Positions 44,862 through 53,743 are shown, numbered from the stretch's first letter. The stretch is 64,000 nucleotides of DNA from Minisyncoccota bacterium (GCA_041664265.1 JBAYLD010000001.1:134358-198357), one strand, 5' to 3'. The notes: generated from the sequence alone by a model not told the origin. Numbers and translations: made by a program.

Positions 44862-44893
44862 CTTTCTATTTTACTCTAATTTCCACTGCTCGG

Positions 44894-44944
44894 CGAGTGA
44901 ACAAAGAATGAAATTCCTATGTCATTCTTTTGAACAAGCACTGG
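44894..44944. repeat. ~51-nt palindromic intergenic element, copy B (in the murJ 5' leader)
   Basis: cgagtgaacaAAGAATGAAATtcctatgTCATTCTTttgaacaagcactgg. Inverted relative to copy A. Confidence 0.5.
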
Positions 44945-44963
44945 CAGAAAGCCAGCTTCTGGC

Positions 44964-47333
44964 TTATTGGTTCACTGGCGCCGCAGGCGCCGAGAGGAGA
45001 TTCGCGGGGAAGGGATCCCTGCCTGCCGCAAGCGCAGTCAGCTGTGTGGCGACCGCTTGGGCGTTCTCGCTCGACATGTCTGCGATTGCTTGCATCTCTG
45101 CGAGCGCGTCTCGCATGTTGCCTTGTTTCGCGTACACCGCGGAGAGGAAGTAGCGTGCGTTCGCGAATTGCGGATTCGCGGCGACCGCTGCGCCGAGTGC
45201 GGCGGCAGCATTCTGGAGATCGTTCCGTGCCGCAGAGAGGATACCGACCTGGAAGAGGATGTCCGGATTGTTTGGCGCGAAGTAGGCGGCGGCAAGAGCG
45301 GCAGCGAGCGCACCTTCGACGTTACCCTCTTGCACCTCAAGCTGCGAGAGGAGGAAGATAGCAGCGGTGTAGTCCTGTTTGAGCGCGATGGCGGACTTTA
45401 AATTATCCATAGCCGCTTTGTTGTCCTTATTCGCGATATCGAGCTGCGCGATGATATACGGAATTTGAGGATTGGTGGGATTCAGCTCTTTTGCCTTGCC
45501 GTAGGCGGTCTTCGCACTATCGTACGCGCCGGTAACGCCGAGCGGTACCGCTTGCGCATAGAGGTTCCCGAGTGCAAGCCAGCCTTGATAATCGGAGGGA
45601 GCGAGGTTGGTCGAGGTCAGGGCGGCATTAATGCCCGTTGAAAGCGAATCTTGGAACGCCTTTTGCGCCGCCGCGGCAGGCATCGTCGATGAGGAAACTA
45701 TCTGTCCGAGGCGCGCTCGAGAGATGCCCGCCCGCATCTGGTAGGCAGCCGCTGAAGGCGCAAAAGAGATTGAACTCTGTGCCGACTGTTCGGCCGTATC
45801 GAGATCTCCGATGGAGAACGCCGTACCCGCCTCCGCGAGCGCCGCCGTAGCGATGCCACGCCCAACGAGCGCATATGCGGTAACAACCGATGCGAGCAGA
45901 AGGAGCGTGAGAGAAAACACGATAACGAAACCGAGCCGAGGGCTCCGTGAGAATATGATGCCCCATTGCTTCCCCTGTGCGGCAAAGCGCATCGTCGACA
46001 CGAACAGACCCGTGAAGACGAAGGCGAGAACGAGCGGGACGGCGCCAGGCAGGCTGAAGATCGCGATACTGAAGAGATACAGCGCCGAGACGAATGAGAG
46101 TATCGCAACATATCGGACAAAAGGATCCTGTGGCGCGCGCAGGATCATCATGCGCAAGCCGAACACGACAAACGCGGCAAGAAACACGATCCATGCGAGA
46201 ACTCCAACAATGCCGGTTGTCACGAACGAAGTCGGGACGAAACCGATACCCGAGGTGAAGTCTACGTTCCAAAACACGCTTGAGTTAAGCGACACATCGC
46301 GATGTTTCAGCCATTCGATTCCGAAGGTGCCGGGACCCGTGCCGAAGACCGGTGCGGATGAATACGCATTACGCGCAACCGAGAGCGTCGACTGCCACGA
46401 GGGGCTGACTGAGAGTACGTTTACGTTGAGCGCATTTGCCAAGGCTCCGCCGAGTGTCCCCCCGATGACAAAGAAGAGCGAGATAGCAAGAACAACGAGC
46501 GGCAAGACGAGGGAGTGATTCGCCTCGCCAGATTCAAGCGGTGTCTCATCGATGCTGTTTATGTCGTCAAAATCAGCATCAGCATTTTTCGATCCGCGTT
46601 GCATAACCGCCTCAACAAAGAGGCCGAGGGAGACGAGTGCCAACAGTATCCAGACGAGCCCGATATTGGCAACAGCGAGCAAGACAAGCGCTCCGACACC
46701 ACAAAGGACGAGAGCCCGGTGTGCACGCTGCGGGAGATCGAGGAACCGGAGCGTAATGAGAACACCAGCGACACCAAGCCCGAGCACGAAGGCAAGGTCT
46801 TGGAACGAACCGAGGAGAGAGAACTCCGGTGAGATGTTCGGCGAAAATTGCCCAACGATAACAATAAGCGCTTGCAGGGCAGTAACCACGCCGAATATCC
46901 ATGCACCAGCATGCAGAAATGAACGGTACTGGTCAGGACGGCGCATAACAAGAGCGGCCAAAGTACCGAGAAATGCCGCGATAAGCATGAAGCCCAGTGT
47001 GTCCGGCTCGAGCGCGAGGCCCCAGAGGGCGCTCGAGAACGACACACCCGAGAATGTCGACGAGAGCAGATACGCAACCGCCGGCAACCAGAAGGCCCCT
47101 ACGAGCAAGAATGGCGGGAGAATAATATTGCCCCGCGAGAGGCGCGCGAGGATGTACAGCGCGAGTGTGATGAGCGCACCTGCAGCGAGCAAGAAGACCT
47201 TGGTCGTTGCAATCGAGATAGCTGAAGATGGGATAAAGGCGAACACGGCGAACACGAGTGTCGCGATAAGCGCCCACATGCTTATAACCTCGAGTGAACG
47301 ACGCGGCACGATTGATGATTGTTGTGGAAACAT
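44964..47333 (-). CDS. O-antigen-ligase-like polytopic membrane protein with C-terminal TPR repeats
   Basis: 789 aa. More than 12 TM helices with a Wzy_C-like loop region. The C-terminal ~280 aa form TPR repeats (DYQGWLALGNLYAQA..., ALAAAYFAPNNPDILFQVGIL...). Confidence 0.5.
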   Translation of the reverse strand: MFPQQSSIVPRRSLEVISMWALIATLVFAVFAFIPSSAISIATTKVFLLAAGALITLALYILARLSRGNIILPPFLLVGAFWLPAVAYLLSSTFSGVSFSSALWGLALEPDTLGFMLIAAFLGTLAALVMRRPDQYRSFLHAGAWIFGVVTALQALIVIVGQFSPNISPEFSLLGSFQDLAFVLGLGVAGVLITLRFLDLPQRAHRALVLCGVGALVLLAVANIGLVWILLALVSLGLFVEAVMQRGSKNADADFDDINSIDETPLESGEANHSLVLPLVVLAISLFFVIGGTLGGALANALNVNVLSVSPSWQSTLSVARNAYSSAPVFGTGPGTFGIEWLKHRDVSLNSSVFWNVDFTSGIGFVPTSFVTTGIVGVLAWIVFLAAFVVFGLRMMILRAPQDPFVRYVAILSFVSALYLFSIAIFSLPGAVPLVLAFVFTGLFVSTMRFAAQGKQWGIIFSRSPRLGFVIVFSLTLLLLASVVTAYALVGRGIATAALAEAGTAFSIGDLDTAEQSAQSSISFAPSAAAYQMRAGISRARLGQIVSSSTMPAAAAQKAFQDSLSTGINAALTSTNLAPSDYQGWLALGNLYAQAVPLGVTGAYDSAKTAYGKAKELNPTNPQIPYIIAQLDIANKDNKAAMDNLKSAIALKQDYTAAIFLLSQLEVQEGNVEGALAAALAAAYFAPNNPDILFQVGILSAARNDLQNAAAALGAAVAANPQFANARYFLSAVYAKQGNMRDALAEMQAIADMSSENAQAVATQLTALAAGRDPFPANLLSAPAAPVNQ

Positions 47334-47420
47334 AAAAATAAGTGCTGGTGATGCTATTCAGTGATAATACTGTCTAGTATACCGCCTCACCCAGTCGCTC
47401 AAGCCTCTATCCCCACATTT

Positions 47421-48231
47421 CCGTAAGGTGTCCGTAAGGTGTCACCTTACGGAATCAATAAAACGCTAGAAACCGTAAGGTGTCACCTTACGGAACATGC
47501 TACTATTACCGAATATGACAAAGAGAGACGTCCCGTTTGCTGTCGGGGAGTGGTACCACTGTTATAATCGTGGCATTGAGAAGCGTATCGTATTTGAAGA
47601 TATTCGAGATTATCACCGCTTCCTTGAGCTCCTTTATTTGGCGAATGATGAGTTTCCTCTCCGGCGTGACGATATCGGCCTATATAAATTTGAAGAGATA
47701 TTAAAGGTTCCTCGCGGCAAGAAATTAGTCGCTATTGGAGCATTCTGCTTGATGCCAAACCACTTCCACTTAGTTTTGAAAGAGGTTGTGGATGGAGGCA
47801 TTACCGCATTTATGCGGAAAATCGGGACGGCATATGCTCTGTATTTTAATGCACGGCACGGACGGACGGGAAACCTGTTCCTCAAGCCGTTTCGATCCCG
47901 CCATGTATCTACCGATCGCTACTTTCAGCACCTTATCAATTATGTGCACTGTAACCCAGCGGCGCTCTCTGAACCCGAGTGGAAAACCAGCCATGTTGTG
48001 GACCCTCAGTTCTTGGGAGAACAAATCGCCGCATACCCGTATTCAAGTCTTGGTACCCATGCGGGCGCACACACGCCGACCAGCGCTATCCTAGACGCGG
48101 AGGTGTTCTCTCTAGCGCGTACGGTTCAAATACAAAAGATGCTACAGGAAGCGCGACAGTATTATGCTGATTCCGACCTTTCCCTTCCGTAAGGTGTCAC
48201 CTTACATCTGCTGTAAGGTGACACCTTACGG
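47421..48231 (+). mobile_element. IS200/IS605-family (RAYT-like) element 2, with hairpin doublets at both ends
   Basis: Perfect palindrome ccgtaaggtgtcaccttacgg at 47432-47452 and 47473-47493 (left). Related hairpins at 48187-48205 and 48213-48231 (right). These differ from the element 1 hairpins. Confidence 0.65.
47497..48192 (+). CDS. Y1 HuH transposase, IS200-like / RAYT-like (paralog of 9544..10248)
   Basis: 231 aa. YHCYNRG, HuH MPNHFHLVL, Tyr region GNLFLKPFRSRHVSTDRYFQHLINYVHCNP. Confidence 0.65.
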   Translation: MLLLPNMTKRDVPFAVGEWYHCYNRGIEKRIVFEDIRDYHRFLELLYLANDEFPLRRDDIGLYKFEEILKVPRGKKLVAIGAFCLMPNHFHLVLKEVVDGGITAFMRKIGTAYALYFNARHGRTGNLFLKPFRSRHVSTDRYFQHLINYVHCNPAALSEPEWKTSHVVDPQFLGEQIAAYPYSSLGTHAGAHTPTSAILDAEVFSLARTVQIQKMLQEARQYYADSDLSLP

Positions 48232-48248
48232 AATGTGGTATAATAAGC

Positions 48249-48592
48249 GCGGACCGGGCTAAGCGATCGCTGGCGGCGTAACGCGCCGACTAGAGGAAAG
48301 TCCGAACATGCGCTCGCTGCAAGGTGAGCAAGAAAGGTAGCGGGTAACGCCCGTCGTCCGTGAGGATAGAGGTGACCACAGTGACGCCAAAACCGAGAGG
48401 TGAAGGGTTCCCTTCGGGGAATAATCTCGCCGCAAGACGAGGGTGCAACGAACAAATCCTTACCCGCATGCAAGGCCGTGTCCCGAGTCCGCCAACTGGT
48501 GGACGAGGGAAGTGCCGCTTGATCCTGAGAGCAATCGAAGGGCTAGATAAATGATCGCTCACGACAGAATTCGGCTTATCGGCCCGGTCCAC
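48249..48592 (+). ncRNA. rnpB: RNase P RNA, bacterial type A
   Basis: P1 pairing: 5' GGACCGGGC with 3' GCCCGGTCC. Conserved GAGGAAAGTCCGAACA (P4 5' strand), GGTAACGCCCG, and 3' region GGCTAGATAAATGATCGCTCACGACAGAATTCGGCTTATCGG, which closely matches E. coli M1 RNA GCCUAGAUGAAUGACUGUCCACGACAGAACCCGGCUUAUCGG. Confidence 0.85.
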
Positions 48593-48597
48593 ATACA

Positions 48598-48632
48598 TGC
48601 AAAAACCCGCGCTCCTGCGCGGGTTTTTGCTC
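48598..48632. terminator. Bidirectional terminator between rnpB and the DGR RT gene
   Basis: gcaaaaa cccgcgc tcct gcgcggg tttttgc. Confidence 0.65.
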
Positions 48633-48633
48633 C

Positions 48634-49623
48634 CTACTTACTGACCGGAATTAATTTTGAAAGTTTATGCGCATTACCATGCCTCAACATACCGCGATAC
48701 GATGAGACGTTTCCCTCGCTCGGGTTCCCACTCACCGCTTTCAGCATCCGCCGCTTCGTGCTCGTGCGCAAAACGCGATGATCGGAGAAATGCACCCAGC
48801 CGAGGAAATCAACGCCCGAGGCGAATGTTTTGATGAAAACCTTGTCCGGATGGAGATCAAGCTTTAGCCGATCACGCAAGAATGCTCCTATAGGCTGGAG
48901 GACGTTACACAGATATGATCGGTCACGCGAAAGAATAACAAAATCATCGGAATAGCGGATATAATGGCGTGCTTTTAATTTGTGCTTCACGAACTGATCA
49001 AACTCATTCATATAGATATTCACGAGAAGTTGGCTCGTAAGATTCCCAAGCGGCAAACCCTTACCAAGACCGGTTGAATGAAAACTCTCAATTATGTTTT
49101 GCAGCAAGGCTATAATTCGTTCATCAGGAATATGCCTCCGTAAGATTTCGAGCAATATTTGCTGATCAATGGATGCAAAAAACTTTCTGATGTCACACTT
49201 AAGCACCCATGCGGTCCTCGCGTGGTTTTTACTCTCCTGACATGCATATCGCCTGAAGGCATTCATTGCGCGATGAGTCCCCTTCTCTAGCCGACAAGAG
49301 TATGAGTCGGTGATAAACGTGCTGTTGAAAACCGGATACAAAATTCTGTAGATAGCATGGTGCACCAACCGGTCGCGTACGCTCGCTTTATGTATGTCGC
49401 GCGGTTTTGGATCGCTGATCTTGAAATGGGTATACGAGCCATGTCGGTATGCACCTGAGACAAGATCCGAATGGAGTGTAAAAATATTCCGTACGAGATC
49501 GTATTCGAACGCCTGCACGTCTTTCTTTTTCTGCTTGCCGTGTAAGAACTCTTTCCATGCGTCGAGCAGGTTGTTGGTAGAAATGATATTGTCGTAGGAA
49601 TGGGAGTCACCGATTCTACTCAT
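48634..49623 (-). CDS. Diversity-generating retroelement reverse transcriptase
   Basis: The ORF runs to 49749; the likely start is MSRIGDSH at 49623. RT motifs LKCDIRKFFASID and YIRYSDDFVIL. The DGR-diagnostic motif GLPLGNLTSQLLVNIYMNEFDQFVKH ([ILV]GxxxSQ) is close to Bordetella bRT. No maturase or endonuclease domain. Confidence 0.85.
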   Translation of the reverse strand: MSRIGDSHSYDNIISTNNLLDAWKEFLHGKQKKKDVQAFEYDLVRNIFTLHSDLVSGAYRHGSYTHFKISDPKPRDIHKASVRDRLVHHAIYRILYPVFNSTFITDSYSCRLEKGTHRAMNAFRRYACQESKNHARTAWVLKCDIRKFFASIDQQILLEILRRHIPDERIIALLQNIIESFHSTGLGKGLPLGNLTSQLLVNIYMNEFDQFVKHKLKARHYIRYSDDFVILSRDRSYLCNVLQPIGAFLRDRLKLDLHPDKVFIKTFASGVDFLGWVHFSDHRVLRTSTKRRMLKAVSGNPSEGNVSSYRGMLRHGNAHKLSKLIPVSK

Positions 49624-50031
49624 ACCCTTGAACGTACCCCCCCCCGGACGATTCCGCAAGAAAAACTCGTGGCGGTCGTGTTGAAACTGAAAGAGACATA
49701 CCTTGCGTGGCAGATGGCGCTCCCACATGTCGCAAAAGCTCGACGGCAAACAATAGCCGCGCGCATTGACGGGGCACTTCTCGACACACTTGAATACGCA
49801 TTTCGAGCCGAATATCTCTCGGGACTGCTGAAAATTAAAGCAATCGAGGTATCAATCGAGAGACTCGATGTAGCCAAATTCTTTTTGCTGGTCGGATGGG
49901 AAAGCGATGCCATTACGAACGATCAGCATCTCCGTATAACGGGGCTTCTCATTGAGGCGAGCAAAATGCTCGTTGGTTGGAAGGCATATCTTGAAAAGAA
50001 AACTCCCGCGGATGAGGGCGGGAGAAAGTAA
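49600..50031 (+). CDS. Avd-like (accessory variability determinant, 23S rRNA IVS four-helix-bundle family) protein
   Basis: 143 aa from the ATG; an alternative GTG start at 49669 gives 120 aa. Basic helical protein. LKETYLAWQMALPHVAKARR and C-terminal ITGLLIEASKMLVGWKAYL resemble Avd motifs. It is divergent from the RT gene and antisense to the TR-RT spacer. Confidence 0.5.
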   Translation: MGVTDSTHTLERTPPRTIPQEKLVAVVLKLKETYLAWQMALPHVAKARRQTIAARIDGALLDTLEYAFRAEYLSGLLKIKAIEVSIERLDVAKFFLLVGWESDAITNDQHLRITGLLIEASKMLVGWKAYLEKKTPADEGGRK

Positions 50032-50037
50032 GACCTG

Positions 50038-50145
50038 TTTCGGACGAGAAGGCGATTGTCGGCGTTCCAGCGATTGCCGTTGTCGAGGCTGTTGACGTTC
50101 GCGTTCCAACCGCGCCCATCGCGGTTGACGTTGCCAACCGAGACG
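50038..50145 (-). repeat. DGR template repeat (TR)
   Basis: 108-nt match to the VR. In minus-strand sense it carries AAC/AAT codons (G N V N R D G R G W N A N V N S L D N G N R W N A D N R L L V R) at every variable position. Confidence 0.85.
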
Positions 50146-50354
50146 CTTCGTACTGCACACCATCCATGACACCTACGACGGCCACTGTCTTTCGAATACT
50201 CTCCAGACTGAATCTTGTTTGGGACATTACAGCCCGCCAGTGTGCGGCACCAACTTGTATTTCTTTTTTCGGGTGTTTCTTACCCGGAACCTCGCCACCT
50301 CAAGTCAAGCGTACTGCTTAGCCGGAAATGCCAGCGTGTTCGGATAAAAGTATA

Positions 50355-50382
50355 CCCCACACTTGAGTGATCGAGTGTGGGG
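50355..50382. repeat. GC-rich hairpin downstream of the VR (DGR homing-associated hairpin candidate)
   Basis: ccccacac ttgagtgatcga gtgtgggg. Located about 55-80 nt 3' of the VR end on the coding (minus) strand. Confidence 0.5.
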
Positions 50383-50415
50383 TACTACTGAAATTCAGAA
50401 TACAGAGACCAAGTG

Positions 50416-51120
50416 TCAGAGTTTCTGAGTGTCCAAGTTGCGGACGAGAAGGCGATAGTCGGCGCTCCAGCGATAGCCGCGGCCGAGGCTGCGGACGCCC
50501 GCGCCCCAACCGCGCCCATCGCGGCTGACGTAGCCGACCGAGACGGGATTCTTTGGATTTCCGGTCTCAATGAAGAAGAAATTCCCATACCCGTCGGTAC
50601 GCATCCCGGTCTCCTCACTTTTCTCGGTCTTCTCGACCATTTCTTCTGCCTCCGCAAGAGTCATGGTGTGACCTTGCTTGATGAGGTACTCACCGATAGT
50701 CGCGACATCCGTGTTTGTGTCGATACCGATGATACCGAGAACGGCAACGGCGGCCTCAATGAATGTCCACTCTCGCGAGGGAGCCAGGGTTGTAATGGTG
50801 CAGGCATCGGCGTTCGGCTGATCGGCAGGGAGCCAATTGTCGAAGTCGCTGTCGCGATACGTCCACCGCGAACCTGTGAAGCATTTCTTCGTTTTCTTTT
50901 CCTTAATCGCGGCGAGGCTAGTCGTTGCGCTTACGGAGAATAACGGATCGTGTTTCGCCGGCGGTACAGGCACGCTTTCCTTTTTCACAAACGGCTCTTC
51001 ACGACGAAGAAAGCGTTTTGCCTCCTCCTCGCTAATCGAACCGTTGTGAAGCTTTGTGACGAAATCCAGTGTGATACCGAAACGATCGCTCGCTTGGGTT
51101 CCCGAGCATGTTTCTAACAT
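50416..51120 (-). CDS. DGR target (variable) protein with a C-type-lectin/FGE-like C-terminal VR
   Basis: 234 aa. C-terminus ...GYVSRDGRGWGAGVRSLGRGYRWSADYRLLVRN is encoded by the VR and follows the RGGxW...R...N..R..GFR-like pattern of CLec-fold DGR targets. No signal peptide detected. Confidence 0.7.
   Translation of the reverse strand: MLETCSGTQASDRFGITLDFVTKLHNGSISEEEAKRFLRREEPFVKKESVPVPPAKHDPLFSVSATTSLAAIKEKKTKKCFTGSRWTYRDSDFDNWLPADQPNADACTITTLAPSREWTFIEAAVAVLGIIGIDTNTDVATIGEYLIKQGHTMTLAEAEEMVEKTEKSEETGMRTDGYGNFFFIETGNPKNPVSVGYVSRDGRGWGAGVRSLGRGYRWSADYRLLVRNLDTQKL
50438..50545 (-). repeat. DGR variable repeat (VR) at the 3' end of the target gene
   Basis: 17 TR/VR mismatches: 16 (15 in-repeat plus one at the 3' junction) are at TR adenines (minus strand) and 1 is a synonymous non-A change (gtt/gtc). 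The invariant 3' block cgccttctcgtccg is IMH-like. Confidence 0.85.
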
Positions 51121-51275
51121 AGTCAGTCTCCTTTCTTTGATTGAGGTTGCCCGTGCCGGTTAGCACGCGCGAAGCCCTATATCTGCAACAGAATCAAAGT
51201 GCTTCTGGTCGTATTATACGCATACTCTTAACGATTCGTCAAGGGGTACACAGGAAGCGCTTCTCGCAAGGCGCA

Positions 51276-53654
51276 CTATACAATCTCGCAGGTGCCGCCG
51301 GCGCAGGCGAGTTCTCGCTTCATATCCGATTCATCCTGCCGCTCATACGCAATAAGCTTAGAATAATCCACCCTCGGGAATCGGGTCATGCGCGCTTCAT
51401 ATTCTTCTTTCGTAATTGCCTCATAGGGCGCGAGGCGATACACGTGGTTGGCGCGCGGGAGGAACGAGAGCCCGCCGATAATCTCCCAATTCTTTTGTAT
51501 CCAATCAACGACACCGATCCATTCATCTTCGCTCACCGAGATGGTCGCCGAAGGGTTGTGTTCGGTGAAGTTCACTTTCACCCTCTTCCAGTACTCGAGC
51601 TGTTCGAGCGCCGAGAGGTCATCCTTGAATCGCGCCTCTTTAGAATGGTCGGGCGCCTTGACCGGGAACTCGAACACGAAGGTATTCGCCTCCTCCATCG
51701 ACTGCCCCACTTCTGGATAGTAGGGTACACCCTGATCGCGCATCAGCTTAAAGAGCGAGTCAGTCGCACTAATGCGGACGCGACGAATGTAGTAGGGCGC
51801 GTGACGCGGATGGATGCCCGAGGCGCAGTTGAAGGTCTGCGAGACCGTACCCGAGGGTTTGACCGCCGTCACCGAAAGCGAGCGCTCGATACTGAAGCGT
51901 TTTGCGTAGGTCACATTCGTCTTCACTGCCATATCGCGCACCTTGCGCATCACCTCTGGTTGTCGGGCGGCCGGCGAGTCCCACTGCCCAGTGATCGAGA
52001 CGCCGAGGAGACGCTCTGCACGGCAATGGTCAGTCCACTCTTTCGAAATGTAGCCAAATTTTGTGAGGGTCGACTGATAGGTGCCGAGGATCGCCGCGAG
52101 GCGCGCCTTGCGAAGGAGCGAGGCCTCCGTGTCCGGCGCACGCGCGATGATTTCCGAAAGATTACAAAATTGCTTCGATTGCAAGATAATCTCGGCGCAT
52201 GGGTTGGCGCCGATCGAGCCGCGAACAACACCGTCCTCGCCGATAAAGCCAACCTTCTTGAAGTGCTCGACGCGACGCTTCGGCATCGTGACCGCGAGCG
52301 AACCGCGGTTGAAGATGCCCCGCTCCCCGGAACCGCTCTTCATAAGCGCGACCCATTCGTCCATCAGCTCGGCATTGGTCGGCTGCATCTCGTAGACGGC
52401 AGAATTGTTCGCCACCGAGCGGTGCGGATCGGTCATATAGAATTGGCCCTTCTTGGCGTCGCGCATCTCGATATCATCAAGGTCAGAGAGCGAGATCATC
52501 GCGGTACGGCGGACGCCACCGGCGACCACGCATTCACCTATCTTACAGATGATGTCATGCGCATCAATAGTGCGGAGGCGGCGACCCTGGCGTGCGAGGA
52601 CGCGCTCCCGTGCAAAAGCGAGTAACGAACGCAGCGGCTCAGGGCCGCTCGCCTTCCCCCCCATCGTCTTCAAGCGCGCACCCGCAGGGCGCACCTTAGC
52701 GAAGTCGAAATTGACGTCCTTCCCGGCATACCAGGTCTGGAGGCCAAAGGTGAGCGCATCGCACCATCCCTCCTTCGAATCGGCGACGACGTGGGTCGGC
52801 AACTTCTGCCCTTTTTGCTTCATAATCTGCGGGAGCTGTTCGATGTTCTGACTCTCAACTGCGAAGCCGACGCCGCAACCCTGCATCGAGAGATACATGA
52901 TCTCGGCGAAGTCCTCGAGCTTCACGGGCGCGGTGAAGGTGCAGTTATAGGCACAGGTGTTGCAGCGGCGCGCCGCCTCGCCCGAAAATTGCATAAGGCG
53001 CATCGAAGGCATCACCTCCTGCTTCAAGATACCCATGCGCACCTCGGCATACTCTTTTTCAGTCAATTTGTTGCCGAGATTTTCGCGCATGAAGCTCACG
53101 TAGCGATCGACCGTCTCTACCCAGGTCTCGCGCCGACCCTCTTCGGGGATCCATTTTGCATACGTGCGCAGATAAACGAACTCACCAAGCGCATTGCCTG
53201 CAAAATACTTTTTGCTCTCTGCGGCAAGCTCGCGCACCCGCTCGGGAATCTCGACATGCGCTGCGCGTAGCTGTGCGCGCTTGTCGCGATAGAGGATGTA
53301 CGCCTTTGCCGTTTTCACATAATCATTGAGGATGAGATACTTCTCGACCGAGTCTTGCATGCCCTCGACCGTCGGGAGGAAGCCCTTATACTTCTTCGCG
53401 AATCGCCCAAGCTCGCCAGCCACCTGATGCGCTACAAGCACTGCATCATCTTGGCTGCCCTCTTCTGCTGCGGCCATCGCCTTCCAGATGGCGGCGGCAA
53501 TCTTATCAAAATCAAACGATACCAGCCGCCCATCTCGCTTCTCGACTTGCGGGATCATCTCACGATACCGTTGCGTCTCTTTTGAGATCGGCGCCTCCGC
53601 TGCGCGCGCGACCTTCGGGTGAACAGCAACGGAAACAGGGGCGGTTTTTGGCAT
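51276..53654 (-). CDS. nrdJ: Class II (adenosylcobalamin-dependent) ribonucleotide reductase with N-terminal ATP-cone
   Basis: 792 aa. ATP-cone (VEKRDGRLVSFDFDKIAAAIWKA), FCNLSEI, GGVRRTAMISLSDLDD, finger-loop region. Confidence 0.85.
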   Translation of the reverse strand: MPKTAPVSVAVHPKVARAAEAPISKETQRYREMIPQVEKRDGRLVSFDFDKIAAAIWKAMAAAEEGSQDDAVLVAHQVAGELGRFAKKYKGFLPTVEGMQDSVEKYLILNDYVKTAKAYILYRDKRAQLRAAHVEIPERVRELAAESKKYFAGNALGEFVYLRTYAKWIPEEGRRETWVETVDRYVSFMRENLGNKLTEKEYAEVRMGILKQEVMPSMRLMQFSGEAARRCNTCAYNCTFTAPVKLEDFAEIMYLSMQGCGVGFAVESQNIEQLPQIMKQKGQKLPTHVVADSKEGWCDALTFGLQTWYAGKDVNFDFAKVRPAGARLKTMGGKASGPEPLRSLLAFARERVLARQGRRLRTIDAHDIICKIGECVVAGGVRRTAMISLSDLDDIEMRDAKKGQFYMTDPHRSVANNSAVYEMQPTNAELMDEWVALMKSGSGERGIFNRGSLAVTMPKRRVEHFKKVGFIGEDGVVRGSIGANPCAEIILQSKQFCNLSEIIARAPDTEASLLRKARLAAILGTYQSTLTKFGYISKEWTDHCRAERLLGVSITGQWDSPAARQPEVMRKVRDMAVKTNVTYAKRFSIERSLSVTAVKPSGTVSQTFNCASGIHPRHAPYYIRRVRISATDSLFKLMRDQGVPYYPEVGQSMEEANTFVFEFPVKAPDHSKEARFKDDLSALEQLEYWKRVKVNFTEHNPSATISVSEDEWIGVVDWIQKNWEIIGGLSFLPRANHVYRLAPYEAITKEEYEARMTRFPRVDYSKLIAYERQDESDMKRELACAGGTCEIV

Positions 53655-53743
53655 GAACGGCAGACAGTTAAGCTAATAGCATGGCACACTCTCCATTAGC
53701 ATTAGTGTACTCCTGCGTTTGTAAAAATGCGCTGTGGACAGTG

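Noticed and set aside
48162-48598. Three overlapping ORFs (48162..48473 -, 48290..48598 -, 48360..48554 +)
   Set aside because: The region is the RNase P RNA gene. The ORFs are artefacts of a structured GC-rich RNA.
49852-50657. ORFs 49852..50172 (-) and 50385..50657 (-)
   Set aside because: They overlap the DGR TR and VR in the wrong frames. The repeat structure and the target ORF 50416..51120 explain the region.
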